From: Sphaerodactylus townsendi
Lineage: Eukaryota
Reading direction: 5' to 3'
DNA length: 64,000 bases
Assembly (NCBI RefSeq): GCF_021028975.2
Contig: NC_059432.1
Span: 50,344,001 to 50,408,000, forward strand
Shown one piece after another: positions 62,283-64,000 of this stretch. A program made the translations under genes and the position numbers. The notes below the pieces were generated by a model. The model saw only the letters and a list, made by a program, of their open reading frames with translations, was not told the DNA's origin and did no database searches. Each line of letters opens with the position of its first letter. Position 1 is the first letter of the stretch.

Positions 62283-63766
62283 GTATGACTATAAACCAAG
62301 TTTTTAAAAGTAGTGAATGGTTGAGGTAACTTTTTTCTAACATCTGGAGGGGGAGACAAAAAGGCTTGAGAGAGTGGGGACAACATCTGGAGGGGGGACA
62401 AAAAGACTTGCATCAGCACGTTTGCCCTCCCCAGGCCACTTATTCTGGCTGAGAAGGCAGATGCGCTGATGGCCGCCTGCCTCTTAGCCCCCTGCAGAAC
62501 CTGATCAGACACCAGTGGGAAGCAGGGAGAGGTAGGAGCGTTCCACCTAGAGTTTAGGGCCAGGAGCATGGCACCCCAACCCTCGGACTTATGCCGCTCT
62601 GTAACCTCTTTCCACCGGGGAGGGTGGGGTGTTGTCATATTGTGCTCCCTGCACTGCTAGAAAGCCCTCTTGGAGGCAGCAGTGCCGCATCAGCACCTCA
62701 TCCTGCTGATGAGGGCTTTGGTTGGGGATGTAAATTTCTTTGCACCTCAAAATCCATCAAATGCGGAAGTGTAGTTCTGTTCTGTTGATTCAAATCTTTG
62801 AAAGAGAGTCTTATTTTAATTGCACCTGTAACTAGGATGTAACTAGGTTGTTGTTGTTTGGTGTGATTGACAGTTGTCTATGATGTTCAGTTTCTACATT
62901 AAATGAACAACATGGTTGTTGCAGTTTGTCATGATTCTGTGCAGAGTAAACTCTGCAACATCTGTCCAGGAGGTTGGAGCAGTAATCTTTGCTTTTCGAG
63001 GAGATGTGTTACTAGTGTGGTACTTATCAGTGTGATATGCCCTGTCATGCAAGGAAGCCGTGTTAACATTAGAAAGCAATATGGAACTGTAATTCAGCAG
63101 TAGCTCTGTTTCTTTGGTTATGAGGCCTTGGATTTTTGCCTTAACAGTAAAATCCTGAACTGTTAAAAATAGTTTGCAACTGTTCCTCTGTGCTCTGAAT
63201 TGTCTGTAAGCAGCACCAAAGTGCTCACTGCTTGAAACTCATATTTTAAAAAAGGATCATTGCCTAAGTTTTTCACATGAAAGAGCCAGCATCAAAATAG
63301 TCAAAGTTCTCCCATTGGCTCATGTCAGACCTCTACCACTCAACATAAAAAGTGCACGAGGAAGGCAATAACCTATTTGTCAGCATCCTATCAATTCTTT
63401 TTAATAATTTTAGTATGAGATATTTTACCCATTTGTTTATGCAATTTGCTGAATCATTCATACATTCCATGTATGTGGCATTTTAAAATTCAGAATTTTT
63501 CGATTGGATCTGTGCAGCACTAACAAAAGGCATCAGTGATCTTTCCTGCTTTCCCCATTCCCTAGCAGCTTCTTGTGCATGCCTAAAAGAATACTAGATG
63601 TTGGTGGACAAATACAGATAAATCATAGGAGACCAGCAGTGAGGTGGGGAAGAAGTGGGAAGTCTTGTTTACTGCATCAGTAGAACCTCTTGCAACACAA
63701 GGCATCTCCTTGACCAGCAGAAGGACGCATAAAGATACTGGCCTTTAACATCTTGGTTTTTCAAAC

Positions 63767-63897
63767 GCACATTTCATTGACCTGCTTTCTTTGCATTGGT
63801 AAGCAGTGTTATTTCTGATGTGCTAAAGTAACAATTTGAAAGCTAATTAGCACTGTTACTGTAAATAGTGACACCTGCCAGTCTCTTTCATACATAT
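63767..63897 (+). ncRNA. SNORA19: H/ACA box snoRNA SNORA19 in EIF3A intron 9
   Basis: GCACATTTCATTGACCTGCTTTC...GTGTTATTTCTGATGTGC 5' hairpin, H box AAAGTA, 3' hairpin TGAAAG...CTTTCA, ACA at 63892-63894 plus 3 nt. Closely matches recalled human SNORA19, whose known host gene is EIF3A. Confidence 0.92.
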
Positions 63898-64000
63898 TAG
63901 CCTGTTGATAGAATTATCAGGCTCGTTTAAATACATTCTGAAACCATACATTTTACTTAAATGTTGACCAATAATTATTGTTAATATTTTAAAGCTAAAG

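Overview
Vertebrate nuclear DNA, almost certainly squamate (probably gecko, judging by the SINE, SPIN, Penelope and BovB content). It carries the conserved syntenic block PRDX3(+) - SFXN4(+) - DENND10/FAM45A(-) - EIF3A(+). I traced all exons by hand through GT-AG junctions with consistent phase. PRDX3 has 7 exons (259 aa), SFXN4 14 exons (319 aa) and DENND10 9 exons (354 aa); EIF3A exons 1-9 are present and the gene runs off the right edge. EIF3A introns host a clear SNORA19 H/ACA snoRNA and a probable divergent SNORA19 paralog. Introns and intergenic DNA are dense with transposons: hAT MITEs (including SPIN- and OposCharlie-like families), Tigger-like and Harbinger-like MITEs, Penelope-like elements with hammerhead ribozyme cores, CR1, L2, BovB and RTEX-like LINEs, and tRNA- and 5S-derived SINEs. 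The most unusual structure is in EIF3A intron 3. A 5'-truncated RTEX-like LINE is fused head-to-head, with no spacer, to a 3'-truncated 7SK RNA retrocopy, and the whole unit lies between degenerate direct repeats. That geometry suggests twin priming in trans on a cellular RNA. There is one 420-N assembly gap. Family names are recognised from memory and were not checked against databases.
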